Translations under genes and position numbers: made by a program
Part shown: positions 1-8,616 of the stretch, in pieces
Position numbering within the stretch: the first letter of the stretch is position 1
Layout of the letters: each line of letters starts with the position of its first letter
Notes under the pieces: generated by a model
The model's input: the letters and a program-made list of their open reading frames with translations, nothing else
What the model was told of the DNA's origin: nothing
Database searches by the model: none
Sequence record: MN850579.1
Length of the DNA: 64,000 nucleotides
From: Escherichia phage mogra
Reading direction: 5' to 3' (one strand)

Positions 1-224
1 GGAACACTGGTGGATTCACAGACCAATGGCAGGACTTACGGTATACCCAAGCCTTTGCATCCATCGCATCATTTTGTACTGTAGTCTATTTTTACTACGA
101 TTTTATAAACCATAACAAGAAAAATAAAAAGATTTACGCTTCTCAAATGATTAGTTATAATGAACTTCTAGCTAAACGTGAAAATGAAACAATCGAAAAC
201 TTTATTAAGGAATGTAGAAAATGA
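1..224 (+). CDS. hypothetical protein, C-terminal part (5' end outside window)
   Basis: Open frame enters the window; stop TGA 222-224 overlaps next ATG (ATGA); tail ...ENFIKECRK resembles tail of the 2374..2679 product. Confidence 0.4.
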   Translation, partial: NTGGFTDQWQDLRYTQAFASIASFCTVVYFYYDFINHNKKNKKIYASQMISYNELLAKRENETIENFIKECRK

Positions 225-526
225 GTAAGATTATTGAAATTAAAGTACCAGAGTTTAATGATGCCAAATCCGCTTCAGATGCAATTTATAAACTTCTGAA
301 TCAAGCTGAACGTATCGAAGAAGAAGCAACAAAGATCGCAGACCAATATGCCGTGTCATTTTCTGTAGGTGATTATGGTAGCGGTCGTACTTATTATCCT
401 AAGGGTGAAATCGTATCCCAGTGGATGAAAGATGAAATTGAAAATAATGGTGGCGATGTTAAGCGTGAAGGTAATGGTTACGTTATTACTGAAGGTGCTT
501 GGGTTTCGTCTTCTGCGTTGTGCTAA
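221..526 (+). CDS. small hypothetical protein, GWVxSSxxC-tail family member 1
   Basis: 101 aa; C-terminus ...GAWVSSSALC shared with the next two ORFs. Confidence 0.55.
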   Translation: MSKIIEIKVPEFNDAKSASDAIYKLLNQAERIEEEATKIADQYAVSFSVGDYGSGRTYYPKGEIVSQWMKDEIENNGGDVKREGNGYVITEGAWVSSSALC

Positions 527-535
527 GGAATCATT

Positions 536-808
536 ATGTCTAAAGAACAAACCGAACTGGCTGAAGCTGTAGCAAAAATCTATGCAGCTATTGAGGCTGC
601 CAAAGAAATTGCTGATAAACAAAACACAACATTCAACTTGTACCCAGCTTATGGTATGGGTGGAACCTATCATTCACCCAGACATCTTAAAGCCGATCTT
701 GAACGTTGTACAAAAAACGGCTATGCTGAATGGGCTGACGTTTACCAATACGACTACAACCTGAGCCTCGAAACCGGTGGTTGGGTTGCATCTTCTCACA
801 CTTGCTAA
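536..808 (+). CDS. small hypothetical protein, GWVxSSxxC-tail family member 2
   Basis: 90 aa; AAGGAA RBS; C-terminus ...GGWVASSHTC. Confidence 0.55.
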   Translation: MSKEQTELAEAVAKIYAAIEAAKEIADKQNTTFNLYPAYGMGGTYHSPRHLKADLERCTKNGYAEWADVYQYDYNLSLETGGWVASSHTC

Positions 809-817
809 GGAAACAAT

Positions 818-1015
818 ATGTCTCGTGAATTAGATTGTGCTGTACGTACGGCAGTAGCTGCTCTGGAAAACCTGTTCCAAATTGCAACAGAAGAACGCGA
901 AGAAGTTACATTATGGATTGAAGATAACGCAGGTCTGAATCTCCAGGACGCGATCTCATTATCCCACAATAGTATCACTGTTCAAGGCTGGGTATCATCT
1001 AGTTATTCTTGCTAA
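818..1015 (+). CDS. small hypothetical protein, GWVxSSxxC-tail family member 3
   Basis: 65 aa; AAGGAA RBS; C-terminus ...QGWVSSSYSC. Confidence 0.5.
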   Translation: MSRELDCAVRTAVAALENLFQIATEEREEVTLWIEDNAGLNLQDAISLSHNSITVQGWVSSSYSC

Positions 1016-1019
1016 AACA

Positions 1020-1056
1020 GTTTACAACAAGATAGGGCTATGTTATAGTAGTCCTA
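1020..1056 (+). promoter_or_regulatory. early-type promoter (GTTTAC -35, TATAGT -10) with inverted repeat TAGGGCTA / TAGTCCTA bracketing the -10
   Basis: GTTTAC 1020-1025, TATAGT 1044-1049, arms 1033-1040 and 1049-1056; same module recurs at 2316, 13276, 51222. Confidence 0.5.
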
Positions 1057-1078
1057 TCAAAAACAAATGGAGTCCACA

Positions 1079-1318
1079 ATGATTTATTACGAAAGTATCG
1101 GAACCAAAGTGGTTGGTAAAACCATTACTCGTGAAAAGTTTGCAAAGATATTCGATATGCGTTATAAAAAATCTGAACACAAAGGCATCCGATTCGAAGA
1201 TGCGCACTGTACAATTTGCCCTTATAATGAAGACATAAACGGTACAATCGTTCCATTGGTAGAGGCTTCACACGATGACCTCTGGGACGAATATAATATC
1301 GCATGTCGTGAAATTTAA
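1079..1318 (+). CDS. hypothetical protein
   Basis: ATG 1079 six nt after GGAG; track start 1067 lies in the leader; 79 aa. Confidence 0.5.
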   Translation: MIYYESIGTKVVGKTITREKFAKIFDMRYKKSEHKGIRFEDAHCTICPYNEDINGTIVPLVEASHDDLWDEYNIACREI

Positions 1319-1346
1319 GTTAATGAATTAATCCGAGGAAAATATT

Positions 1347-2303
1347 ATGATGTTAGTTATTGGTTCTCGTGCACTTCACTATCACGGTCTTATTGATTCT
1401 AGCGCTATCAAAAATAGCGATTGGGACTTTATTGCGGACCAAGGTTCTTGGAATGCATTCAAAAATCAAATGATGGGTGTATATGTTCACCAAGATAACC
1501 CTGATGTCCAAGTTTTCAAATGCTTCCATAATGGACGCGAAACTCATTTTGAAGCATATATTGTTCCGGCAATCACTAATGTCCGTGAATTAGTCGGTGA
1601 ACTCACTCCTGAAGATTTCACGTCTTCTTATGACCTTTTAAAATACGCCAAGAAAAATTTGACTAAAGACCGTTTGAACGGGTTTTACTGGGCAACTCCT
1701 GAGATATGTCTTGCAATTAAGATGTCTCATCGTTTCAAGAAAAATAATCCATTCTTTTTAAAGACTATGAACCATATTCAGTATCTTCGTGGTAAAGGTG
1801 TTACACTGAACGATGAACTTACTGAAATTATGCTGAAACGCCAGAAAGAAACCTTGAACTATGCTCACCCGGTTCTTGACACTTCTAAAAGTGCGTTCTT
1901 TAAAGATGACATCTATACATATGACCATGATACTATTCATGAAGCCATTGCACTAACAGACCGTCCGGCTTATACATTTTATATGAAAGACGGTTCTGAA
2001 GTCATGACCTCACGCGAGAAGTTCGAATCGTTACCAGAAATGGTCAAATTGGCCGGTGTATATGAAGAATCATGTGTACTAGCATTAGAACGTTCTCAGA
2101 TTCCTAATGACTTTAAAATTAACCCTGAAGCCAGTTTCATGATGGCATTAGAAAAAGTCTGCACAAGCATCACCTCCGGTTGGTTCCGTGAATACGCCTG
2201 GGAAAACTACAGCAAAGTAGTAAGTATGTACCAAAGCTTAGGACATAACGATTACGTCAAACGTTTCAAACAAAATTTCCATATGGTAAAACCTTTCAAA
2301 TAA
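1347..2303 (+). CDS. hypothetical protein (318 aa)
   Basis: Long uninterrupted ORF with AGGAAA RBS; no motif recognised. Confidence 0.6.
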   Translation: MMLVIGSRALHYHGLIDSSAIKNSDWDFIADQGSWNAFKNQMMGVYVHQDNPDVQVFKCFHNGRETHFEAYIVPAITNVRELVGELTPEDFTSSYDLLKYAKKNLTKDRLNGFYWATPEICLAIKMSHRFKKNNPFFLKTMNHIQYLRGKGVTLNDELTEIMLKRQKETLNYAHPVLDTSKSAFFKDDIYTYDHDTIHEAIALTDRPAYTFYMKDGSEVMTSREKFESLPEMVKLAGVYEESCVLALERSQIPNDFKINPEASFMMALEKVCTSITSGWFREYAWENYSKVVSMYQSLGHNDYVKRFKQNFHMVKPFK

Positions 2304-2315
2304 TTTCGCAAAACT

Positions 2316-2352
2316 GTTTACACAATTATAGGACTATGTTATAGTAGTCCTA
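2316..2352 (+). promoter_or_regulatory. early-type promoter with palindromic -10 region (TAGGACTA N8 TAGTCCTA)
   Basis: GTTTAC 2316-2321; TATAGT 2340-2345; perfect 8-bp inverted arms 2329-2336 / 2345-2352. Confidence 0.55.
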
Positions 2353-2373
2353 CCAAAACATGAGGAGAATATT

Positions 2374-2679
2374 ATGAAATTAGGCGAAACCAACCGAATT
2401 GGTCTTTTAACAATATTTGCATCACTTTTTTACGCAACTCTTTCTGTTGCAGTATTACAAAAGGCTTACAGTATGGATGGTGTGCCTGGTTGTATATTCT
2501 TATCACCGTTTTTATTATTCGTCGGAGCTTTGTTATTATATGCCACGACTAGTTTCGACCATAATGTCTGGGTCAATTATAAACGTAAATTGACCGAAGA
2601 AGAACACGCAGAAGCTCGTAAAAAAGCTATTGAATCTACCAATCTAGAAAATTTCATTAAAGAATGTCGAGGAAAATAA
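2374..2679 (+). CDS. small membrane protein
   Basis: 101 aa, two hydrophobic helices, GAGGAG RBS; tail ...ENFIKECRGK like the ORF ending at 224. Confidence 0.55.
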   Translation: MKLGETNRIGLLTIFASLFYATLSVAVLQKAYSMDGVPGCIFLSPFLLFVGALLLYATTSFDHNVWVNYKRKLTEEEHAEARKKAIESTNLENFIKECRGK

Positions 2680-2680
2680 T

Positions 2681-3367
2681 ATGAATAGTTCTAAAGTGTT
2701 TAATAGTCAAGCTCGTGCAATAGGTGGTTTTGCTCATGCGATTAAAAACGACCAGATTAAAAACGAGCCTATGTTCTTTAACTGCGATTTGAATTTTGCT
2801 TTTGATAATGGCGGCCCAATTACTCGTAGCTTTATCCAAAATCTCCCTGACGATTGGAAAGACTCGGATGTAGTATTTGATTCACGAGTCCACATGCTGA
2901 TGCCTGGTTGGTACCCTGCTATTCCTGGATATCACCATGACGATGTTCCACGCCCTGATATTCCAGTTGGTCAACATTTTATTACTGCAGGACAACCTGA
3001 TTATGACAATCCTCGCTATTTGTCTGAACATATTCTTGGTCTTGTTAACGCTGATGTGTGTCCTACTCATTTTGCAACAGGAACTGCAGAGTTCAGTCAG
3101 ATTCCTGATGGCGAACTTATCTATCGCCAGTGGCACAAAGAAGTCCTCGAAAAAATCGAAAAAGGCGAACTAGAGAAATGGGAAGCTCCAGACCGTACTC
3201 TTCTTCAGTTTGATTGGCAAACATGGCACACTGGTTCTCGTGCAATTAGTAATGGATGGCGTTGGTTCGGACGTGTATCTCGTAATACAGACCGAGTTAA
3301 AAAGATTACCAATGAAATTCGTGTCAATGCCCAAGTTTATCTGGAATTCCCTATGGAAGGTTGGTAA
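2681..3367 (+). CDS. hypothetical protein (228 aa)
   Basis: ORF immediately after upstream stop (TAATATG); no motif recognised. Confidence 0.6.
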   Translation: MNSSKVFNSQARAIGGFAHAIKNDQIKNEPMFFNCDLNFAFDNGGPITRSFIQNLPDDWKDSDVVFDSRVHMLMPGWYPAIPGYHHDDVPRPDIPVGQHFITAGQPDYDNPRYLSEHILGLVNADVCPTHFATGTAEFSQIPDGELIYRQWHKEVLEKIEKGELEKWEAPDRTLLQFDWQTWHTGSRAISNGWRWFGRVSRNTDRVKKITNEIRVNAQVYLEFPMEGW

Positions 3368-3858
3368 TGATTAACAAAACATATTGGTCTAATATAGACG
3401 ATGGCAACGAAGGTATTTCGTATTATTCGGTAGATTGGACAGGATGTCCATCCTACTTAGTGAAACATATTTGCCAAGAATTTAAAATCTACCAGCCAGC
3501 AGGTATTATTGTGAACAGATACATTAATGGATATCAACCTATCGATGAAGTAATACGAACAACTCAAGCTGAGCTTGAAAAGTTTTTCAATAAGTGCCAA
3601 TGGATAACAGGATGGATTATATTTGTACCGTCTATATGGTTTTTTAGTACTAAAGTAAGTGCCTTTGCTGTACTAGATATTATCGCTATCTTATTAGCAT
3701 CTACTATCGTAAGTATTATTGGTGGTATTATTGGTGGAGGTATTGTAGGCATCATTATTAATCTTATTAAAAGTAGTTTACAAGAACATAAAGACAAGAT
3801 AAAAGCCAAGAATAATGAAGTTGAACGTTTTATTACCGAATGCAGGAATTTGAGATGA
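3367..3858 (+). CDS. membrane protein with glycine-zipper helix
   Basis: ATG 3367 overlaps upstream stop (TAATG); hydrophobic segment ...SIIGGIIGGGIVGIIINLI... Confidence 0.5.
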   Translation: MINKTYWSNIDDGNEGISYYSVDWTGCPSYLVKHICQEFKIYQPAGIIVNRYINGYQPIDEVIRTTQAELEKFFNKCQWITGWIIFVPSIWFFSTKVSAFAVLDIIAILLASTIVSIIGGIIGGGIVGIIINLIKSSLQEHKDKIKAKNNEVERFITECRNLR

Positions 3859-4091
3859 GTATAGCAATTTACATTAAATCAGAATCATGTGATAGTTATC
3901 TGTACACATACGATAAAGATGTGTCAGAAGAAAAAATCAAAGACGATCTTAATATGGACCTTGATATGTTCTGTCCTATTGCAGATTACAAACTTGCGGT
4001 CTCTAATAGTGAAAGTCCATCTAAAGAAACGCGCATCGAAGAATTTATGTCCGAATTAATGGCCAAATCATGGGACCGAGATGATGAGTAA
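3855..4091 (+). CDS. hypothetical acidic protein
   Basis: ATG 3855 overlaps upstream stop (ATGA); 78 aa. Confidence 0.45.
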   Translation: MSIAIYIKSESCDSYLYTYDKDVSEEKIKDDLNMDLDMFCPIADYKLAVSNSESPSKETRIEEFMSELMAKSWDRDDE

Positions 4092-4539
4092 GAAAAATAA
4101 AGTGAAAGAACTATCAGCCGGTATTATTTTCCTTACCGAAGATAAAGAATTATTCATGGGGCGTGTAACTGGTTCTTGTCCTAAAGGTTCTTTAGCTCAT
4201 AGGTGGGATATTCCTAAAGGCCGTGTCGAACCTGGCGAATCTTCTATTGAAGCCGCTATTCGTGAATGCGAAGAAGAAACTGGGTTTACACAATATGACC
4301 CTGCCTTCCTGAAAGACCTAGGTGAACATCGTTACTCAGACAATAAGAATATTCATCTGTTCCTATATGCCATCCCTGTAGAGCACGAGCAATTCAGAAA
4401 CAGTGTTTGTAATTCCTATCATACATTCCCAGACGGACGACAGATTCCTGAATTTGATGCATTCGCTTTAATTAAACCTTCTCAATGGGAATATGTGATG
4501 GGCAAATCATTATATAAGGTGCTCACTACCCTCCTATAA
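4081..4539 (+). CDS. nudE: Nudix hydrolase
   Basis: Nudix box GRVEPGESSIEAAIRECEEETGF; sits immediately upstream of lysozyme as T4 nudE (e.1) does. Confidence 0.85.
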   Translation: MMSKKNKVKELSAGIIFLTEDKELFMGRVTGSCPKGSLAHRWDIPKGRVEPGESSIEAAIRECEEETGFTQYDPAFLKDLGEHRYSDNKNIHLFLYAIPVEHEQFRNSVCNSYHTFPDGRQIPEFDAFALIKPSQWEYVMGKSLYKVLTTLL

Positions 4540-4540
4540 G

Positions 4541-4573
4541 TAATAAATACCTCCTATAAACGTGGGAGGTATT
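4541..4573 (+). promoter_or_regulatory. RBS-sequestering hairpin with late-promoter-like box ahead of lysozyme
   Basis: 9-bp stem AATACCTCC (4546-4554) / GGAGGTATT (4565-4573) contains the SD and abuts ATG 4574; TAATAAATA 4541-4549 just upstream. Confidence 0.5.
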
Positions 4574-5062
4574 ATGAATATATTTGAAATGCTTCGTAAT
4601 GACGAAGGTCTTAGACTGACTTTATACAAAGACACTGAAGGCTTTTGGACGATTGGCATAGGCCATTTAGTAACAAAGAACCCGTCTTTAGCCGTAGCTA
4701 AAGCTGAACTTGACAGAATGATCGGTCGTAAATGCAACGGTACAATTACCCTTGATGAGGCTGAAAAGCTATTTAATGAAGACGTTGATAAAGCCGTTCG
4801 CGGAATCTTGGGTAATGCTAAACTTAAACCGGTGTATGATTCTTTAGACGCGGTTCGTCGATGTGCATTGGTCAATATGGTCTTCCAAATGGGTGTAGCA
4901 GGCGTCGCTGGTTTTACTAATTCTCTTCGTATGCTTCAACAGAAACGTTGGGACGAAGCGGCAGTAAATCTAGCCCAATCTAAATGGTATCGTCAGACAC
5001 CTAATCGCGCGAAACGCGTAATCTCAACATTTAAAACAGGAACTTGGAAAGCGTATATATGA
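4574..5062 (+). CDS. e: lysozyme (endolysin, T4 e type)
   Basis: [31 protein letters not shown]... near-identical to recalled T4 lysozyme N-terminus with catalytic Glu11/Asp20 context; 162 aa. Confidence 0.95.
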   Translation: MNIFEMLRNDEGLRLTLYKDTEGFWTIGIGHLVTKNPSLAVAKAELDRMIGRKCNGTITLDEAEKLFNEDVDKAVRGILGNAKLKPVYDSLDAVRRCALVNMVFQMGVAGVAGFTNSLRMLQQKRWDEAAVNLAQSKWYRQTPNRAKRVISTFKTGTWKAYI

Positions 5063-5340
5063 AAACATACAATGAATTTTTATCAGAATCTATTCTTAAC
5101 GAAGCTACTGACACATTTGCAACTAAGCTAGGTGCAGCTTTGGTTGAAGCCGAAAGTCTATTAGCACGTATTTCTGAACTTGCTAGTAAGATAGATACTC
5201 GCAAATTTGAACGTACCAGCGATATCGTTAAGCTCGAAGCCTTGTTGCGTATGTGCGATAAACCGGAAGAAATCGCTAAGAACGGCTCGCTGATGAAACA
5301 ACGTCTTGAAAAATATATTTCAGGCGCTTCAGAAAAATAG
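5059..5340 (+). CDS. internal-protein-like protein with capsid targeting sequence
   Basis: ATG 5059 overlaps lysozyme stop (ATGA); N-terminus [10 protein letters not shown] matches the T4 internal-protein CTS MKTYQEFIAE. Confidence 0.6.
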   Translation: MKTYNEFLSESILNEATDTFATKLGAALVEAESLLARISELASKIDTRKFERTSDIVKLEALLRMCDKPEEIAKNGSLMKQRLEKYISGASEK

Positions 5341-5341
5341 T

Positions 5342-5395
5342 GTTTACTTCCTCCAAGGACTTTGATACTATACATCTATCAACTACTTGGAGGAA
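5342..5395 (+). promoter_or_regulatory. early-type promoter embedded in an inverted repeat that can sequester the denV SD
   Basis: GTTTAC 5342-5347; arm TTCCTCCAAG 5348-5357 between -35 and -10; complementary arm CTTGGAGGAA 5386-5395 carries the SD. Confidence 0.55.
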
Positions 5396-5398
5396 ATT

Positions 5399-5812
5399 AT
5401 GACTCGTATCAATTTGACACTTGTTTCTGAACTGACCGACCAACATCTTATGGCTGAGTATCGTGAATTACCACGCGTATTTGGTGCAGTCCGTAAACAT
5501 GTTCAAAACGGTAAACGTGTAAAGGATTTTAAAATCTCTCCAACATTTATCTTAGGCACAGGTCACGTAACATTCTTTTACGACAAACTCGAATTTTTAC
5601 GTTTACGACAAATCGAGCTAATCGCTGAATGCTTGAAACGTGGTTTCAAAATCAAGGACACGACAGTCCAGGATATTTCCGACATCCCTGCCGAATTTCG
5701 TAATAATTATGTCCCGTCTGAAGCGTCCATTGCGATAAGTCAAGCACGCTTAGATGAAAAAATTGCTCAACGTCCGACTTGGTACAAATACTATGGTAAA
5801 TCAATTTACTAA
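5399..5812 (+). CDS. denV: endonuclease V (pyrimidine dimer DNA glycosylase)
   Basis: [31 protein letters not shown]... matches recalled T4 endo V; ATG 5399 after GGAGG; 137 aa. Confidence 0.93.
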   Translation: MTRINLTLVSELTDQHLMAEYRELPRVFGAVRKHVQNGKRVKDFKISPTFILGTGHVTFFYDKLEFLRLRQIELIAECLKRGFKIKDTTVQDISDIPAEFRNNYVPSEASIAISQARLDEKIAQRPTWYKYYGKSIY

Positions 5813-5818
5813 GGAAAA

Positions 5819-6079
5819 ATGAAAATGTATCAAGAATTTATCGCTGAAGCAGATGCCAAAGGTCCTAAATTTAAAGTTAAAGCTTTCATTGGTGATGCCG
5901 AAGACTTTGGCTCATTAAAACGTAATGGGTATTCTTTCTTAGGTGGCGATGGTAAAGAAATCAACACCTATGCAAAACGTAGTGAAATTGCTTATGTTGT
6001 AGCAAGTCCTAAAGTAGATGTTGACGATATTGGATACGATTTTAACAACTTCGGAATTATTTCTGGCGGTAAAGCTTAA
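5819..6079 (+). CDS. internal-protein-like protein with capsid targeting sequence
   Basis: N-terminus MKMYQEFIAEA; 86 aa. Confidence 0.6.
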   Translation: MKMYQEFIAEADAKGPKFKVKAFIGDAEDFGSLKRNGYSFLGGDGKEINTYAKRSEIAYVVASPKVDVDDIGYDFNNFGIISGGKA

Positions 6080-6142
6080 ACGGTTTACGCTTAAGTATTA
6101 ATATGGTATAATTACTCTATCAAAACAAACAAGGAAACAAAA

Positions 6143-6721
6143 ATGAAAACGTATAAAGAATTTATCGCCGAGGCCTTTGCAGGAAAAGCTCAAGGCATTA
6201 ATAAGGACGAGTGGAATTATCGTGGCGGAAACGGCTTTGACCCTAAAACTGCTCCACTTGAACGATATCTGGCCACAAAAGCTTCTGATTTTAAAGCCTT
6301 CGCTTGGGAAGGACTACGCTGGCGTAACGATCTAAATATTGAAGTTGACGGACTTAAATTTGCTCATATTGAAGATGTTGTTGCTAGTAACTTAGACGCA
6401 GCTTTTGTTAAAGCCGACAGTGACCTTCGTCGCTGGAATTTAAAACTGTTCTCTAAACAAAAAGGCCCGAAGTTTGTGCCTAAAGCAGGTAAATGGGTCA
6501 TTGATAATAAATTAGCTAAAGCTGTCAACTACGCCGGTCTTGAATTTGCCAAGCATAAATCATCATGGAAAGGTCTTGATGCAATGGCTTTCCGTAAAGA
6601 ATTTGCCGATGTTATGGCTAAAGGCGGCTTTAAGGCAGAAATAGATACAACTAAGGGCACGTTTAAAGACGCTAATGTTCAGTACGCTTACGCCGTTGCT
6701 AATGCAGCCCGTAATTCCTAA
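6143..6721 (+). CDS. internal protein (IPIII-sized) with capsid targeting sequence
   Basis: N-terminus MKTYKEFIAEA; 192 aa, basic. Confidence 0.65.
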   Translation: MKTYKEFIAEAFAGKAQGINKDEWNYRGGNGFDPKTAPLERYLATKASDFKAFAWEGLRWRNDLNIEVDGLKFAHIEDVVASNLDAAFVKADSDLRRWNLKLFSKQKGPKFVPKAGKWVIDNKLAKAVNYAGLEFAKHKSSWKGLDAMAFRKEFADVMAKGGFKAEIDTTKGTFKDANVQYAYAVANAARNS

Positions 6722-6762
6722 TAAAGCTAATACTCAGACCTATTTACATTTAAAGGAAACAT

Positions 6763-7065
6763 ATGAAAACATATCAAGAATTTATTACTGAAGCGCGAGT
6801 GAGTGCAGGTAAATTAGAAGCCGCTATAAATAAAAAGGCCCATTCATTTCATGATTTGTCCGATAAAGACCGTAAGAAACTTGTAAGCCTTTATATTGAC
6901 AAAGAGCGTATTCTCGCTCTTCCTGGCGCTAATGAAGGTAAACAGGCCAAGCCTTTGAATGCTGTCGAAAAGAAAATTGATAACTTTGCTTCTAAATTCG
7001 GTATGTCTATGGATGACCTTCAGCAAGCGGCTATCGAAGCAGCTAAAGTAATTAAAGGTAAATAA
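6763..7065 (+). CDS. internal protein (IPII-sized) with capsid targeting sequence
   Basis: N-terminus MKTYQEFITEA; 100 aa. Confidence 0.65.
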   Translation: MKTYQEFITEARVSAGKLEAAINKKAHSFHDLSDKDRKKLVSLYIDKERILALPGANEGKQAKPLNAVEKKIDNFASKFGMSMDDLQQAAIEAAKVIKGK

Positions 7066-7178
7066 CAGTTTACTTTCTCCTAGAATTGTGATAGTATATT
7101 CATAATTACTTGGAGGGGTAAATACAGAAATGGACAATTCATGCGCCACGGAATGGCCCAACCTAAAAGAGAAACTAA

Positions 7179-7718
7179 ATGAGAACATTTTTAACTGGTC
7201 CTTATCTATCCCTGATGAATGCTTTTACACACCATTCTGATGCTAGAGTAGAAGAAATTTGTAAGAATGGTTATGTCCCACCATTTGAAGACGTACTCAA
7301 GCAGTACTGTACACTTCGTTTAGACGGTGGCAGACAATCAGGTAAATCGTCCGCAGTAACTAATTTTGCTGTTAATTGGCTATACGATGGTGGAACAGTT
7401 ATTGTTCTTTCTAATACTTCAGCTTATGCTAAAATTTCTGCTGGCAACATTAAAAAAGAATTTTCTCGTTATTCTAGCGATGATATTCGATTCCGTTTAT
7501 TTACTGATTCTGTTCGTAGTTTTATTGGCAATGAAGGTTCTAAATTCCGTGGATTAACGCTTTCTCGTATTCTGTATATAATTGACGAGCCTATTAAAGC
7601 TCCTGATATGGATAAGATTTACAATGTCCACATTAAAACAGTACAGCACTGCTGCAAAAGCAAATATTGCATCGGCGGTAATGCTCGTCCTCAATTTTTT
7701 GTGATTGGAATGCAATGA
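7179..7718 (+). CDS. P-loop NTPase-like protein
   Basis: Walker A-like GGRQSGKSS and Walker B-like LYIIDE; 179 aa. Confidence 0.5.
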   Translation: MRTFLTGPYLSLMNAFTHHSDARVEEICKNGYVPPFEDVLKQYCTLRLDGGRQSGKSSAVTNFAVNWLYDGGTVIVLSNTSAYAKISAGNIKKEFSRYSSDDIRFRLFTDSVRSFIGNEGSKFRGLTLSRILYIIDEPIKAPDMDKIYNVHIKTVQHCCKSKYCIGGNARPQFFVIGMQ

Positions 7719-8023
7719 TGACCACTATTGAAGTTTTTGAGTATTGTTATAACAGCCCAGTATGCAATAAAAGGGCTCTTGTAGAAAATTACGAGATTTA
7801 CCATTTTAAACCTAAACGATATCGTTTGACTAAAGGTCCGTTCGCAGGGCAGCAGGTTCTTTGTACTGCTCCTAATGCACGGTTGATGACTAGTATTCCA
7901 CATTTCAAAATGGAATTTATTGATGGGCCATTTAAGGGATTAATCACTCAAAGTTTAATGGCGTTTAATTCCGACCCATTTTTGATTAAAGAAAAATCTT
8001 GGATAAATTTATTTTCTAATTGA
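7715..8023 (+). CDS. hypothetical protein
   Basis: ATGA overlap with upstream gene; 102 aa. Confidence 0.5.
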   Translation: MMTTIEVFEYCYNSPVCNKRALVENYEIYHFKPKRYRLTKGPFAGQQVLCTAPNARLMTSIPHFKMEFIDGPFKGLITQSLMAFNSDPFLIKEKSWINLFSN

Positions 8024-8029
8024 GGTTAT

Positions 8030-8392
8030 ATGAAAGCATATCAAATTCTTGAAGGTACACATAAAGGCACTATTTATTTTGAAGACGGTACTCAAGCCCG
8101 GATTATCGTCTCTAAGACTTTTAAAGAAGACTCTATTGTAGACCCGGAAATTTTCTACGGTTTGCATGCCCGTGAAATTGAAATTGAACATCAACCTAAA
8201 GTTAAAATTGAAGGTGGTCAACATCTGAACGTTAACGTTCTGCGTCGTGAAACTCTGGAAGATGCAGTTAAGCATCCGGAAAAATATCCGCAGCTGACCA
8301 TCCGTGTATCCGGTTATGCAGTTCGCTTTAACTCTCTGACTCCGGAACAGCAGCGCGACGTTATCGCTCGTACCTTTACTGAGAGTCTATAA
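8030..8392 (+). CDS. autonomous glycyl radical cofactor (GrcA/YfiD-like)
   Basis: C-terminal glycyl-radical motif ...[27 protein letters not shown]; size typical of GrcA; T4 Y06I-type protein. Confidence 0.8.
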   Translation: MKAYQILEGTHKGTIYFEDGTQARIIVSKTFKEDSIVDPEIFYGLHAREIEIEHQPKVKIEGGQHLNVNVLRRETLEDAVKHPEKYPQLTIRVSGYAVRFNSLTPEQQRDVIARTFTESL

Positions 8393-8616
8393 TGGCTAAA
8401 TTGATTATAGAAGGGTCTGAAGATGTTTTAAAATGTTTTGCCGCCTGGTTTAGTTGCTCAGGCGAGCAATCATTCATTGAAGCATTTAGAACGGGTGATA
8501 TTACTGGAAACTATCCGACAACTGATATCACTGTACGTGGATATGGTATTAATGAGCCTATCCAATTGGTCGAATATGACCTTGCCACCGATGAGGAAAT
8601 TCCTTATGTCGATTGA
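8392..8616 (+). CDS. hypothetical protein
   Basis: TAATG overlap with upstream stop; 74 aa. Confidence 0.5.
   Translation: MAKLIIEGSEDVLKCFAAWFSCSGEQSFIEAFRTGDITGNYPTTDITVRGYGINEPIQLVEYDLATDEEIPYVD

Noticed and set aside
356-673. 105-aa minus-strand ORF antisense to the first two small + strand genes
   Set aside because: Entirely antisense to better-supported + strand ORFs with RBSs; no RBS or promoter of its own; typical shadow ORF.
4534-4875. 113-aa minus-strand ORF overlapping nudE end and lysozyme
   Set aside because: Antisense to gene e, whose product is unambiguous.
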